Of a stretch of 64,000 bases of DNA, positions 18,166 through 28,417 are shown piece by piece (the first letter of the stretch is position 1; each line of letters begins with the position of its first letter). Location of the stretch: assembly GCA_964610875.1 (NCBI GenBank), contig CAZSWP010000001.1, positions 102,161-166,160 on the forward strand, given 5' to 3'. This stretch comes from an uncultured archaeon (GTDB taxonomy: Archaea > Asgardarchaeota > Thorarchaeia > Thorarchaeales > Thorarchaeaceae). A program made the position numbers and the translations under genes. The notes below the pieces were generated by a model, which was not told the origin of the DNA, ran no database searches, and was given only the letters and a program-made list of their open reading frames with translations.

Positions 18166-20379
18166 ATGGTCAAAATAAAAGACCCCGATGCAATCAAGCG
18201 ACTGATCAAATCAGATGACTATGAACATAAACGTATCATAAGTATCAGTGCTCATATCGACCATGGCAAAACAACGACCACTGACTATCTCATGCGAAGA
18301 GCTGGTCTAATGAGTGATGCTGCAGCAGGACAGGCACTCATGACAGATAGTGATGAGGAAGAGCAGGAACGTGGTATTACAATCTTCACCTCTGTTGTTC
18401 TTCTTAACTTCGAAGTTGATGGTGAGGAATATCTCGTACAGCTTTCAGACACCCCTGGTCACTTGTCTTTCACAGGTGAAGTATCAAGAGCACTTCGAGC
18501 TAGCGATGGTGCAGTTATTCTTGTTGATGCATTGGAAGGTGTTATGACTCAGACTGAAACAAATATTCGACTTGCAGTTGGCGGTGAAGCTTGCAAGCCA
18601 GTCCTTTTCATCAACAAAGTTGACAGATTGATAAACGAGCTCAAACTTCCTCCAAAGAAAGTCTACGAGAGAATTGACATAATTATTGCAAAAGTGAACG
18701 AGCTAATTAGGAAAGTAGCTCCTCCTGAATACGCAAAAGATTGGCGTGTTAGTTTTCAAGATGGTAGTGTTGCCATTGGTAGTGCAAAGACTGGTTGGGC
18801 TTTCACCATGAAGACCCTTGAGAAGAAAGATATCAAACCTGTTGTTGTCTTTGAGAAGTATAATGAGGGTGATGAAAAATGGTTGAGAGAAAACCTACCT
18901 CTTGATGATGCACTTCTTGAGATGATTGTCAAACATCTTCCTGATCCCAAAACAGCTCAGAAATATAAGATACCACGGATTTGGAAAGGAGATCCCGAAA
19001 GCGAAGAAGGTAAAGCATTACTTGAGTGCGATCCAAAAGGTCCACTACTCGGAATGATTACAAAGATATTCGTTGATCCAAAGAGCAAGAGACCTACCCT
19101 AATTGGAAGAATCTTCTCAGGTACCGTAAAATCCGGTCAGACTATCAGGCTTGTGGGGATGAAACAGAATGTTACAGTGAAGCGTCTTGGTGTACAAGAA
19201 ATCACAGATATTCTTCCAATGGAAGAGGTGCCTGCGGGTAACTTGTTCTCAGTATTTGGTTTCATCTGCCCCTCTGGTGAATCATTCATTGGTGCAGAAT
19301 CCGAAATGCAGGGTTTTGAAGCCATCGAGTATGTTAGTGAACCTGTTGTTAGCAGAAGTATCAAACCCATTGATCCTCAAGAAATTGCCAAACTAGGTGA
19401 AGTTGTGTCCAAATGGATTATGGCTGACCCTACTGCGAGATTCATTCACGACAAAGAATCTGGTGAGTACAGATTGGATGGTATTGACCCCCTTCAGATT
19501 GAAATTCTCACAAAGAGAATAAATGAACAGGTTGAGATTCAAGTATCTGAGCCAATTATTGTGTACAGAGAGAAAATCACCGAAAAAGGTGATGAATTCC
19601 ATACTAAATCACCTAATGGTCATAACAGACTTCGTCTTTACCTCGAACCATTAGATGAGAAGACAATTGCTTTGATTAAACGAAAGAAAATCACTGCTGA
19701 TCAAAACTCTCGAGAACGAGCTCAAATTCTACGTGATGAAGCGGGTTGGGATGCAAAAGAAGCACGTAAGATTCTAGATATCTATGAATCAAGCATGCTT
19801 GTCGATGCCATGAGTGGTGTCCAGCGATTTGATAGGATATTCTCCTATCTCCAAACAACCTTCAGAGAGTTCATTGATGAAGGTCCACTCGCAAAGGAAC
19901 CCATTATGGGTGTGAAAGTGGTGTTGACTGATGCTACTGTCCACACTGATCCTGCACACACTGGTTACAATGAAGTAGCTACAATGACGAGTGCTGGATT
20001 AAATTTGAGCTTCTTGACAGCACGACCCGGTCTATATGAACCAATCCTGAATACTGACATCAAGACACCAACTGACATGCAGGGTGGAGTTATCAAAGTT
20101 CTAACATCCCATAGAGGTCAGATTGTGACAATTGAAGCTGAGGAGGACACAGTTACTGTAAAGGGTACCCTTCCAACAGCTGAAACAATTGGTATAGCTG
20201 ATGAGTTCCGAAGTGCAACAGCTGGTAAGAGCTTCTTTGGATATGAGTTCAGGGGCTTCGAGCAAGTGCCAGGAAGCATGCAAGAAGAGAAGATTCTTGA
20301 AATTCGCAAGCGGAAAGGCATGCCTGAGGAGCTACCCAATTTCGGTTCATGGAGCCGCTGGGTATACAAGAGAACCTAA
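18166..20379 (+). CDS. fusA: Translation elongation factor EF-2
   Basis: AHIDHGKTT, ERGITI, DTPGH, NKVD, SPNGHNR, LYEPI. Domain IV tip reads HTDPAHTG (HTG rather than HRG). ATG 18166 preferred over GTG 18157. Confidence 0.95.
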   Translation: MVKIKDPDAIKRLIKSDDYEHKRIISISAHIDHGKTTTTDYLMRRAGLMSDAAAGQALMTDSDEEEQERGITIFTSVVLLNFEVDGEEYLVQLSDTPGHLSFTGEVSRALRASDGAVILVDALEGVMTQTETNIRLAVGGEACKPVLFINKVDRLINELKLPPKKVYERIDIIIAKVNELIRKVAPPEYAKDWRVSFQDGSVAIGSAKTGWAFTMKTLEKKDIKPVVVFEKYNEGDEKWLRENLPLDDALLEMIVKHLPDPKTAQKYKIPRIWKGDPESEEGKALLECDPKGPLLGMITKIFVDPKSKRPTLIGRIFSGTVKSGQTIRLVGMKQNVTVKRLGVQEITDILPMEEVPAGNLFSVFGFICPSGESFIGAESEMQGFEAIEYVSEPVVSRSIKPIDPQEIAKLGEVVSKWIMADPTARFIHDKESGEYRLDGIDPLQIEILTKRINEQVEIQVSEPIIVYREKITEKGDEFHTKSPNGHNRLRLYLEPLDEKTIALIKRKKITADQNSRERAQILRDEAGWDAKEARKILDIYESSMLVDAMSGVQRFDRIFSYLQTTFREFIDEGPLAKEPIMGVKVVLTDATVHTDPAHTGYNEVATMTSAGLNLSFLTARPGLYEPILNTDIKTPTDMQGGVIKVLTSHRGQIVTIEAEEDTVTVKGTLPTAETIGIADEFRSATAGKSFFGYEFRGFEQVPGSMQEEKILEIRKRKGMPEELPNFGSWSRWVYKRT

Positions 20380-20479
20380 TTCAATGTATATGAGTAGCGT
20401 CAGACTGAGGCTACTCCTATCTTCTTCTTTTTGTCTAATCGTTGAATATTTGTGTGAGTTCATTCACTGAATTACATGA

Positions 20480-21805
20480 TTGAAAATGACATTGGACCCA
20501 CGAGAATTCTTAGAGAAATTGGTATCGATTGATACAGTAAATGATGCAGCCAAGAATAAGAAAGCAACATCTGAATGTCCTGAACTCATTAACTCCGTGC
20601 TAAGCGAGAGAGGTTTTGAAACCGAACTGATTGAATCGGATGGATATTATACATCTCTCGGTACTCGTGGAGAAGGAAGCTACAGTATTCTTTTCTTGGC
20701 GCATTTTGATGTTGTGCCAACAGGTGACGGATGGGATACTGATCCCTTCTCATTAGTGGTTGATGGCGACATAGCTTATGGACGCGGCACCTGTGATGAT
20801 AAGGGTAATATTGTAAGTATGTTACTTCTTGCGGACTACGTGAAAGACAAGGAACTCCCATGCACACTCATGCTATCTGCTAGTGGTGATGAAGAAATAG
20901 GTGGTAGAAATGGAGCAGAAGTCCTCTGTAAGAAACTACAGGATGAGGATCGCTTTCCTAACTTCATTGTCATCGCTGATGGTGTAAAACAACAGATTAT
21001 TCACAGAAGACGTAATATATTACCCACCTACATTAGAGTGAAATCAACATCCTCAATGATCAAAGGCAAGAAAGAAACCCAGCGATTTGAAACTGATACA
21101 TATGGGACGAAATCCCGTCATTCAGCTTACATGCGTCTAGGAGTTGACAGACATGCAATGCTTGCAGCTTCCAAGTTTCTTGATTTACACCCAGCCACGA
21201 CAGTGAGTGATATCAGAGGTGCATTCCTGAAATCGAACGTTGTTCCAGATTGGGTTGAGATGGATGTTATCCACCCAGATATAAACGGACCAGAACATGC
21301 ATATGATCCTGCTTTGACCGATTTGATACAATCACTACTTGCAATCAATCAGGCATCATTTCCAACCAGGCCTTCTGATAAAGGCACAATGATTTATCCT
21401 AATTTACTCTCTAAAGACGAAGATATTTGGAAACTCTACTGTGATATCCGCGCCATGACAAATGATGCTGAGCAAGTCATGAAAGGATTCGAGAATGCAA
21501 TTCGCGGAAAACTGACTGTCGAATCAATAGATGTACATGCCGGTATTGGTTATGTTGACTCTGACCCTGATTCCAGATTGATTAGAGCGGCAAGAAAAGC
21601 TCTAGAAGAAGAAAGCATCTTCTATTCTATCGTTGAAGGATTTGGCGGCTCAGATTCCAGATACTTTGCTGGGCACGGTTCTGATGTGTTTGATTTTGGT
21701 CCTCGTGGAAACAACCTGCATGGTCCAAATGAATGGGTTTCTTTATCTTCCCTTGAAGAGAATGCACGTTTCTTTGAATGTCTGTTACAGGTTCTTGCAG
21801 AGTGA
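20480..21805 (+). CDS. M20/ArgE/DapE family metallopeptidase or deacylase
   Basis: AHFDVVP, GRGTCDDKG, GDEEIGG, GGSDSRYF, HGPNE. Confidence 0.92.
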   Translation: MKMTLDPREFLEKLVSIDTVNDAAKNKKATSECPELINSVLSERGFETELIESDGYYTSLGTRGEGSYSILFLAHFDVVPTGDGWDTDPFSLVVDGDIAYGRGTCDDKGNIVSMLLLADYVKDKELPCTLMLSASGDEEIGGRNGAEVLCKKLQDEDRFPNFIVIADGVKQQIIHRRRNILPTYIRVKSTSSMIKGKKETQRFETDTYGTKSRHSAYMRLGVDRHAMLAASKFLDLHPATTVSDIRGAFLKSNVVPDWVEMDVIHPDINGPEHAYDPALTDLIQSLLAINQASFPTRPSDKGTMIYPNLLSKDEDIWKLYCDIRAMTNDAEQVMKGFENAIRGKLTVESIDVHAGIGYVDSDPDSRLIRAARKALEEESIFYSIVEGFGGSDSRYFAGHGSDVFDFGPRGNNLHGPNEWVSLSSLEENARFFECLLQVLAE

Positions 21806-21820
21806 AAGGAAAAATGAAGG

Positions 21821-24800
21821 TCAGTTGGGGGACATACCGACCTTTATTCTAAGATCATCTATCTCCCAATCTTTCACATAATCATGATCCTTCCATTTCA
21901 CCCTTTCTTTCGGCCCTAGTAGTTTCATCTCTGTTGCTCGTGTTTCATTAGCTAGATAGTCTTCATACATTTCAGCTAACTCAAGTGATTCTTTATCTGA
22001 GAAGTGTACCACTAAAATCAAAGTCTGTTCGACACTAAGATCAAGTTCTTTTCTCATGACCTGTATGCGTCTCGTCACATCCCTTACAAGTCCTTCCGCC
22101 TCAAGCTCTTTTGTTCTTGTAACATCTACGTAGACCTTACCAATTCTACTCTCTGCTTGAGTGAGATGGTCTGGCATTGTCTCAATGAATTCCACATCAC
22201 CTGGTTCGAGAGTGACAGTTTTCTTTCCTACTTTCAGTATGGCCTTTCCTTTTTCTAATTCATCACGCAGTTTACCTGCATCAGCTTTTTCTAGAGCATC
22301 AACTAGTTGCTTCATTAGATCCTTATATTTTGGTCCAAGCGACTTGTAGTTAGGCTTGACTGAAAGCTCTGTATACCCGGCCAACACATCCGTGGTGTGA
22401 ACTTCAAATTCCCTTGTGTTCAAATCCCCAAGGAGGAGGTCTTTCAGTCCTTCTGCTCTCTTTGCTACATCTTCTGAAGCTGCAACAAGTGTAACCTTTG
22501 CAACAGGGTGTCTTAGTTTGACTCCTTTCTTATTTCGAGCATGACTTGATGCAGATCTCAATTCTTGTAGAACATCAAAGGCAGATTCTATCTCAGCATC
22601 GAGTAAGGTTTCATCAACTTCAGGCATATCCGTCATATTCAGAGATTCAGGTAGGTTTTTAGCAAAGCGATTGAGAAAGTTCTGATGGAGATATTCTCCT
22701 AGAAATGGTGTGAATATGTTGAGGCACCGAAGGAGAGTTTCCAATGCATAGTACATCACATCATATGCCATGACCTTCTTTGGATCCTCAGCTTCAAGCC
22801 AGACACGTTTTTTGACGAGAGGCAAGTAAATTCTACTCAGATCCTCGGATATGAATTCTAATAGCACTCTACCTGCATGATGCCAGAGATATTTTTCCAT
22901 GTGCTTATGAAACTCTGCAACAACACTTTGAACTCTCGACAGAAGCCACTTGTCTTCAAGGTCTGAATTCTTTAATTGTTTCATCAATCTTTTCTGATCA
23001 TATTGAAAATCATCGAGGTCCATGTATGTTTCAGCAAACAAAACCACATTCCACAAAACATCCAGTTTCTTACGTAACAATTCTATCTCTTTTGGACTGT
23101 AGTTCATACGTGTCCATGATGCCGTCTTTGTTAGCATGAAAAGCCTGAATGGGTCTGCTCCTGTACTCTCCAAAGCATCTTTTGTCCAGACTACATTACC
23201 CCTGGATTTACTCATTTTCCCTCCATCTTCATCAAGTACATGTTCCTGACTCACACACGCTTTGAAAGCTACACTTCCATGTAGTACCACAGATGTGTAG
23301 AGTAAGCTATAGAACCATCCTCTTGATTGGTCTACAGCTTCCGTGATGAAGTCAAACGGGAATAACTTCTTGAATAGACTTTGGTCTTTCATGTAGCTGA
23401 CACTCGCAGTATGAGCTAATCCCGAATCCAGCCAGCAGTCTGTAACAAATTCCTCTCGTGTCATTGGCTGTCCGCAATCCGGACATTTCAATACAACACG
23501 GTCGACCCATGGCCTGTGCATCTCAAAGTCGCTAGGGACCTTTTCTGCAAGTTCTTTGAGTTCTTTTCTAGAACCTACTACCACCTCTTTGTTACATGCA
23601 CCACATACCCAAACAGGGAGTGGTGAACCCCATATTCTAGAACGTGATATGCACCAATCATCTGCATTAGCAACCCAATCTCCAAACCTGCCAGTTCCAG
23701 CCCAGTCTGGTGTCCAATCAACCATCTTATTCTGTTTTACAAGCTTGTCCCTGATTCCTTCCATTTTCAGGAACCATTGTGTACTATCAGCTATATAGAC
23801 GAGCGGTGAATCGCAACGCCAACAATGAGGATATTCATGAGATAGCGTTTCTTCATGAACCAGTAAGCCTTTCTCCTTCAACATTTTTTGGACTTCTGGA
23901 TTCACATCAAATACATACTTACCTTGGAATATTGGCACTTCATCTGTGAATTTTCCAGTGGTTGTTACAGGACAAAATACAGGGACATCATACTCCTTAC
24001 CGACATTGAAGTCATCTGGACCAAATCCAGGTGCAGTGTGAACAAGTCCTGTGCCATCCTCAATTGTGACATGCGTTCCTGTGACTACTGAGTGCAGGTA
24101 TTTCTCTGAATGTTCTCTATGAAAGGGTACTTCATTTGTGAATGGATGCTCATATTTCCATCCCAACATCTTTTTTCCATTTAGAGTTTCAACTACTTCG
24201 TAGTCATCTACTCCTGCTTTCTCCATTACCGTGTCAACAAGATCTTTTACTATCCACCAATACTCATTTCCAACCTTTATCTTCTCATACTTGTACTTGG
24301 GATGAACTGATACTAGCTCGTTTGAAAGCAATGTGAATGGTGTGGTTGTCCATATGACTATGTATTCGTTTTCTTTGTTAACCAGTTTGAACTTTACATA
24401 TATTGATGGATCCACTTTTGTCTGATAACCTTGCGAGACCTCGTGTCCAGAAAGGGCGGTATTACATCTGGGACATGTTGGATTCACTCGGTAACCTCTT
24501 CCTAGTAGTCCCTTCTTGCTTGCTTGTTTGAGGAAATACCAGACATGTTCTATATAATCATCACGACGTGTTTGATATGCTTGCGGATAGTCTAACCAGA
24601 GTCCCAATCTTATTGAGTCACTTACCCATCTATCAAGATAGAAGTCAACAAGCTCCTTACATTTTGCAACGAATGTTTCTAAGCCCATTGTTGCTTCGAT
24701 ATCTCCTTTCTCTGCAAGTCCCTCGTTTTTCTCCACTTCTAGTTCAACAGGGAGCCCTTGCATATCCCATCCGCCTCTTCTCCAGACATTATATCCCTTC

Positions 24801-25018
24801 ATGGTCATGTACCGGAGTTGTGCATCTTTCATTGCCCGGCCTCTAGCATGTCCTACATGCATGAAACCGTTGGTGGTTGGTGGTCCTTCTAGGAAGTTCC
24901 ATCGGGGTCCTGATTCTCTGAACTTTACCGTCTTTGTATAGATGGCAGTTTCCTCCCAAAATTGGAGGACGTCTTTCTCTAAAGATAATGGGTCATATCT
25001 TTTTGGTAGTGGACTCAT
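21821..25018 (-). CDS. ileS: Isoleucine--tRNA ligase (archaeal/eukaryotic type)
   Basis: EGPPTTNG, HVGH, WTTTP, GTGLVHTAP, DWCISRSRIWG, DQSRGWF, KMSKS. Confidence 0.96.
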   Translation of the reverse strand: MSPLPKRYDPLSLEKDVLQFWEETAIYTKTVKFRESGPRWNFLEGPPTTNGFMHVGHARGRAMKDAQLRYMTMKGYNVWRRGGWDMQGLPVELEVEKNEGLAEKGDIEATMGLETFVAKCKELVDFYLDRWVSDSIRLGLWLDYPQAYQTRRDDYIEHVWYFLKQASKKGLLGRGYRVNPTCPRCNTALSGHEVSQGYQTKVDPSIYVKFKLVNKENEYIVIWTTTPFTLLSNELVSVHPKYKYEKIKVGNEYWWIVKDLVDTVMEKAGVDDYEVVETLNGKKMLGWKYEHPFTNEVPFHREHSEKYLHSVVTGTHVTIEDGTGLVHTAPGFGPDDFNVGKEYDVPVFCPVTTTGKFTDEVPIFQGKYVFDVNPEVQKMLKEKGLLVHEETLSHEYPHCWRCDSPLVYIADSTQWFLKMEGIRDKLVKQNKMVDWTPDWAGTGRFGDWVANADDWCISRSRIWGSPLPVWVCGACNKEVVVGSRKELKELAEKVPSDFEMHRPWVDRVVLKCPDCGQPMTREEFVTDCWLDSGLAHTASVSYMKDQSLFKKLFPFDFITEAVDQSRGWFYSLLYTSVVLHGSVAFKACVSQEHVLDEDGGKMSKSRGNVVWTKDALESTGADPFRLFMLTKTASWTRMNYSPKEIELLRKKLDVLWNVVLFAETYMDLDDFQYDQKRLMKQLKNSDLEDKWLLSRVQSVVAEFHKHMEKYLWHHAGRVLLEFISEDLSRIYLPLVKKRVWLEAEDPKKVMAYDVMYYALETLLRCLNIFTPFLGEYLHQNFLNRFAKNLPESLNMTDMPEVDETLLDAEIESAFDVLQELRSASSHARNKKGVKLRHPVAKVTLVAASEDVAKRAEGLKDLLLGDLNTREFEVHTTDVLAGYTELSVKPNYKSLGPKYKDLMKQLVDALEKADAGKLRDELEKGKAILKVGKKTVTLEPGDVEFIETMPDHLTQAESRIGKVYVDVTRTKELEAEGLVRDVTRRIQVMRKELDLSVEQTLILVVHFSDKESLELAEMYEDYLANETRATEMKLLGPKERVKWKDHDYVKDWEIDDLRIKVGMSPN

Positions 25019-25129
25019 GATAGTCTCCTCTCTGAGGATGAGTGTTTTCTTGGCATGTTTAGCAGAAATAGCCTGCTTATCATAAAAGGCGAGAGCAAAT
25101 TGGCATCACAATTTAATGATATGTCGTCG

Positions 25130-25153
25130 TTATTGAATAATTTGACAATCCAT
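25130..25153 (-). promoter_or_regulatory. Putative leader peptide uORF MDCQIIQ upstream of ileS
   Basis: Minus strand ATG GAT TGT CAA ATT ATT CAA TAA, preceded by SD-like AGGTGAG; tandem Ile codons in the leader of the Ile-tRNA ligase. Confidence 0.6.
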
Positions 25154-25302
25154 CCTTATCTCACCTTATGGAATTACATTTGAGTCCCTAAAGACTCAGA
25201 TAAAAACCTTGGGCTAACTACGCTTGACCAAGGACGTTCAACCAACACTTAATTGGAAGTTCATGAAAAGTTCATTGATGATAAGAATCAGCAATTATTA
25301 AG

Positions 25303-25983
25303 GTGATTCACATGAGTACAATTGAAGACCGGTCTCTTGACAAACTTGCAGATATGATCTACAACGTTCTATGGCAAGATCTTCTCGAAGTATGGCGAGT
25401 CATACGGAAAAAGATGGATGCTGAAGGTGTTGACTCAGTAAGAGCAGCTCTTAAGGGGGCACGAAAAAGATTCATGGACGGTCCCTTTGAGGATCATATT
25501 GAGGTCAGATGGGGAATGAATCTCTGTGTTCACTGCAATGATGATAATATCGAAAAGAATGGCATTGCTTATTTACAACCATCTGGTGATGGACTGGAAT
25601 TCAACCAGTGCTTGAATTGTAGAATCGGCATTCTTTATGATCTTGTTACAGCAAAAGCCACAATGGATTCGTATAATATTGCACTTGGGAAACCAGGACA
25701 ATTTGGTGATTATTCATTCTTTTGGAACGCAATTTTTCCTGAAGAGATGATACCGCTCGCACCAACATATGAAGTTATCAAATCCGGAGAATGGATCGGT
25801 ACAATTTCCTTTGATGATGAACTCAATGTTCGTCATTTGCCTTTCCATAAAATGAAAGATGGTGTACCGAGAGGTGCTGAGGATCCATGGCAAAATGAAG
25901 TGTCAGAGGACATGAAAGAGGCCATTGATAGCTTCATTGAATCAGCACGTGAGCAAATTGAAGTAGTACTCGCCGTTAAATAA
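25303..25983 (+). CDS. Hypothetical protein with possible CxxC...CxxC zinc site
   Basis: 226-aa ORF with CVHC and CLNC; AGGTGA SD precedes ATG 25312, the likely start. Confidence 0.75.
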   Translation: MIHMSTIEDRSLDKLADMIYNVLWQDLLEVWRVIRKKMDAEGVDSVRAALKGARKRFMDGPFEDHIEVRWGMNLCVHCNDDNIEKNGIAYLQPSGDGLEFNQCLNCRIGILYDLVTAKATMDSYNIALGKPGQFGDYSFFWNAIFPEEMIPLAPTYEVIKSGEWIGTISFDDELNVRHLPFHKMKDGVPRGAEDPWQNEVSEDMKEAIDSFIESAREQIEVVLAVK

Positions 25984-25989
25984 GTAGAA

Positions 25990-26310
25990 GTGGAGGGGTG
26001 CTTTTTGCCAAAAGAAAAATTAGTTCGTGATAATATACCTGATTTAATACGAATGAATGGAGATGATCCTCTTCTTCGAACTGCTGAAGGAGAAGAGCTT
26101 GATTATCTACTACGCTTAAAGATACTTGAAGAAGCTTTGGAATTGCTTCAATCGAGCGATTTTGAAGAAGTCGTTGATGTACTAGAAGCAGTGGATGCAC
26201 TCATGAAGCATAGAAAAATGGATCCTGCGATGTTAGAAGTCCATCGTCATGCGAAACGTATGGCGAGAGGCGGTTTTGAGAAAGGGATAGTTCTCATTAC
26301 TGAAGAATAA
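25990..26310 (+). CDS. MazG/HisE-like all-alpha nucleoside triphosphate pyrophosphohydrolase
   Basis: KLVRDNIP...KILEEALE...EEVVDVLEA...RGGFEKGIVL. Confidence 0.88.
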   Translation: MEGCFLPKEKLVRDNIPDLIRMNGDDPLLRTAEGEELDYLLRLKILEEALELLQSSDFEEVVDVLEAVDALMKHRKMDPAMLEVHRHAKRMARGGFEKGIVLITEE

Positions 26311-26441
26311 ATCGGTATCTACTCATTCCCTATTCATACTCTGAAACTTCGGATAAATATTATATGCTTGAACAATGCCATTTCTCTCAGAATACCACCC
26401 TGTTCAGTGGTGGTACCATATATTTACTGGAGCAAGATAAA

Positions 26442-28091
26442 ATGACCGCTGATGAAGTAAAGCCCATCCCTGAGAAACCAATTTCTCATGAGGATGGTAG
26501 CGTTCTTTCTCGATATCATGTAGAGAAATATCCCCCTCGTGAACTTCCATATACTACTCAATCCATTTGTCCTGAGTGCTTAATTGCAAACGATGAAGTT
26601 AATGTGATTGATGCAACTCTATATGAAGAGGATGGAAAAGTTCTCTATAAGAAAACATGCGAGAAACATGGAGAGTATATTGATGTTTACTGGGGAGATG
26701 CAGAGATGTTCAAAAAAGCCTCCCAGTGGTGGTACAAGTCTGTAGGTCTTGATAATCCCCGTACTGAAACTGTGAAGGGGTGCCCCGAAGATTGTGGTCA
26801 GTGTCCTGAGCACAAATCTCATACCGGTTTGGCATTACTTGATGTAACAAATAGATGCAACCTTCGTTGTCCAATATGTTTCGCGATAGCAGCCGAAGGT
26901 GGCGATGTCTATGAACCAACGCCCGAAGAAGTTCTTGAAATGATGAAAAACTTGCGAAGAAATGAACCAGTTCCAGCACCTGCTTTACAATTTGCGGGCG
27001 GCGAGCCAACTGTTAGCAAGCATCTACCACAATATATCAAATGGGCTAAGGAATTAGGTTTCAGACACGTGCAGATTGCAAGTAATGCAATACGTGTTGG
27101 GAAGAGTAAGGAATACTTGCAAGAACTACGAGATGCTGGTCTCTCAACTATCTATATGCAATTTGATGGTGTGACTCCAGAGCCATATATCGAAGCAAGA
27201 GGAACTAACCTACTTGATTTGAAGAAACAAGCTATTCAAAATGCTCGCGAAATTGGAATGGAATCCATAGTTCTTGTACCTACTGTTGTCCGAGGAGTCA
27301 ATGATGACCAAGTCGGAGCAATAGTTGAATACGCAGTTGAGAATGCTGACGTTATTCGCTGTGTCAACTTCCAGCCAGTAAGCATAACTGGTAGAATCGA
27401 CCACAATGCACGAGAGCAGATGAGGATCACTATTCCTGATGTAATTCATTTGATTGAGGAACAGACCGGTGGTAAGATTCCTGCAACCGAATGGTATCCG
27501 GTACCAGCCATGATGCCGGTTGGTCGTGCACTTGGGTTAATGAAAGGCACTCCACAGCTGGAACTCAGCACTCATTTTGCATGTGGTATGTCCACATTCC
27601 TATACATAAATGAAGATGGAAGCTATGAGCCAATTACTAATCTTATCGATGTTGACAAGTTCATAGTGCTACTGGAGGATATTGCCAATATTTATGCAGA
27701 TGGGAAGCGAGCTGCCAGCAAACGCGCGAAAGCAAAACTAGCTGCTGGAATCCGCCATATTAAGAGGAAAGGCATTCTCAAAGACCTTCTAAATGCATTT
27801 TTGAATCGGGGTGACTATGATTCTCTGGCTAAGTTCATGCGACGAGTCATTATGATTGGAATGATGCATTTTCAGGATCCATACAACTTCGACTTAGAAC
27901 GTGTCCAACATTGTGATGTGAATTATTCTGTACCTGATGGTCGAATCATCCCCTTCTGTACAATGAATACAATTCACAGGTCACGTGTTGAAGACAAGTT
28001 CAGTATACCTATAGATGAATGGCGTTCAAGGAGAAAACCCGACAAGGTTGAAGAAGAAAGTATCTCAAAACCATATACTGGTGAAAAATGA
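26442..28091 (+). CDS. tes: Tetraether lipid synthase (GDGT-MAS), radical SAM
   Basis: N-terminal SICPEC...KTCEKHG and GCPEDCGQCPEHKSHT; radical SAM motif CNLRCPIC; GGEPT; NFQPVS; HFQDPYNFDLERVQHC...DGRIIPFC. ATG 26442 follows GGAG. Confidence 0.88.
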   Translation: MTADEVKPIPEKPISHEDGSVLSRYHVEKYPPRELPYTTQSICPECLIANDEVNVIDATLYEEDGKVLYKKTCEKHGEYIDVYWGDAEMFKKASQWWYKSVGLDNPRTETVKGCPEDCGQCPEHKSHTGLALLDVTNRCNLRCPICFAIAAEGGDVYEPTPEEVLEMMKNLRRNEPVPAPALQFAGGEPTVSKHLPQYIKWAKELGFRHVQIASNAIRVGKSKEYLQELRDAGLSTIYMQFDGVTPEPYIEARGTNLLDLKKQAIQNAREIGMESIVLVPTVVRGVNDDQVGAIVEYAVENADVIRCVNFQPVSITGRIDHNAREQMRITIPDVIHLIEEQTGGKIPATEWYPVPAMMPVGRALGLMKGTPQLELSTHFACGMSTFLYINEDGSYEPITNLIDVDKFIVLLEDIANIYADGKRAASKRAKAKLAAGIRHIKRKGILKDLLNAFLNRGDYDSLAKFMRRVIMIGMMHFQDPYNFDLERVQHCDVNYSVPDGRIIPFCTMNTIHRSRVEDKFSIPIDEWRSRRKPDKVEEESISKPYTGEK

Positions 28092-28417
28092 ACATAAGAT
28101 AGGGGTGTTATTGGTGATCAATGTCTAGGTTTGTCTAGCTTCTGCCCCACCCCTTTCTCTTCTTTTTAGATTCTTACCAATTTCTTTAATTTTCTACGTG
28201 GTTTTTTTGATAGCGTTTTAAGAAAAATCATTTTGCTGTACTCAGGCATGAAATCTAAGAATCAGGTTAATATGGTATTTTAGTCTCAAAAAAAGCACTC
28301 TTCTATTTTTTTCTACCATCTAGTATTATCATTCGCCTTATAGTCACTCCATTATATTTTAAAAAATTAAATATTCCATTGCAGAAAACTTAATAGCCAA
28401 TGAAAGAAACTATGGAT

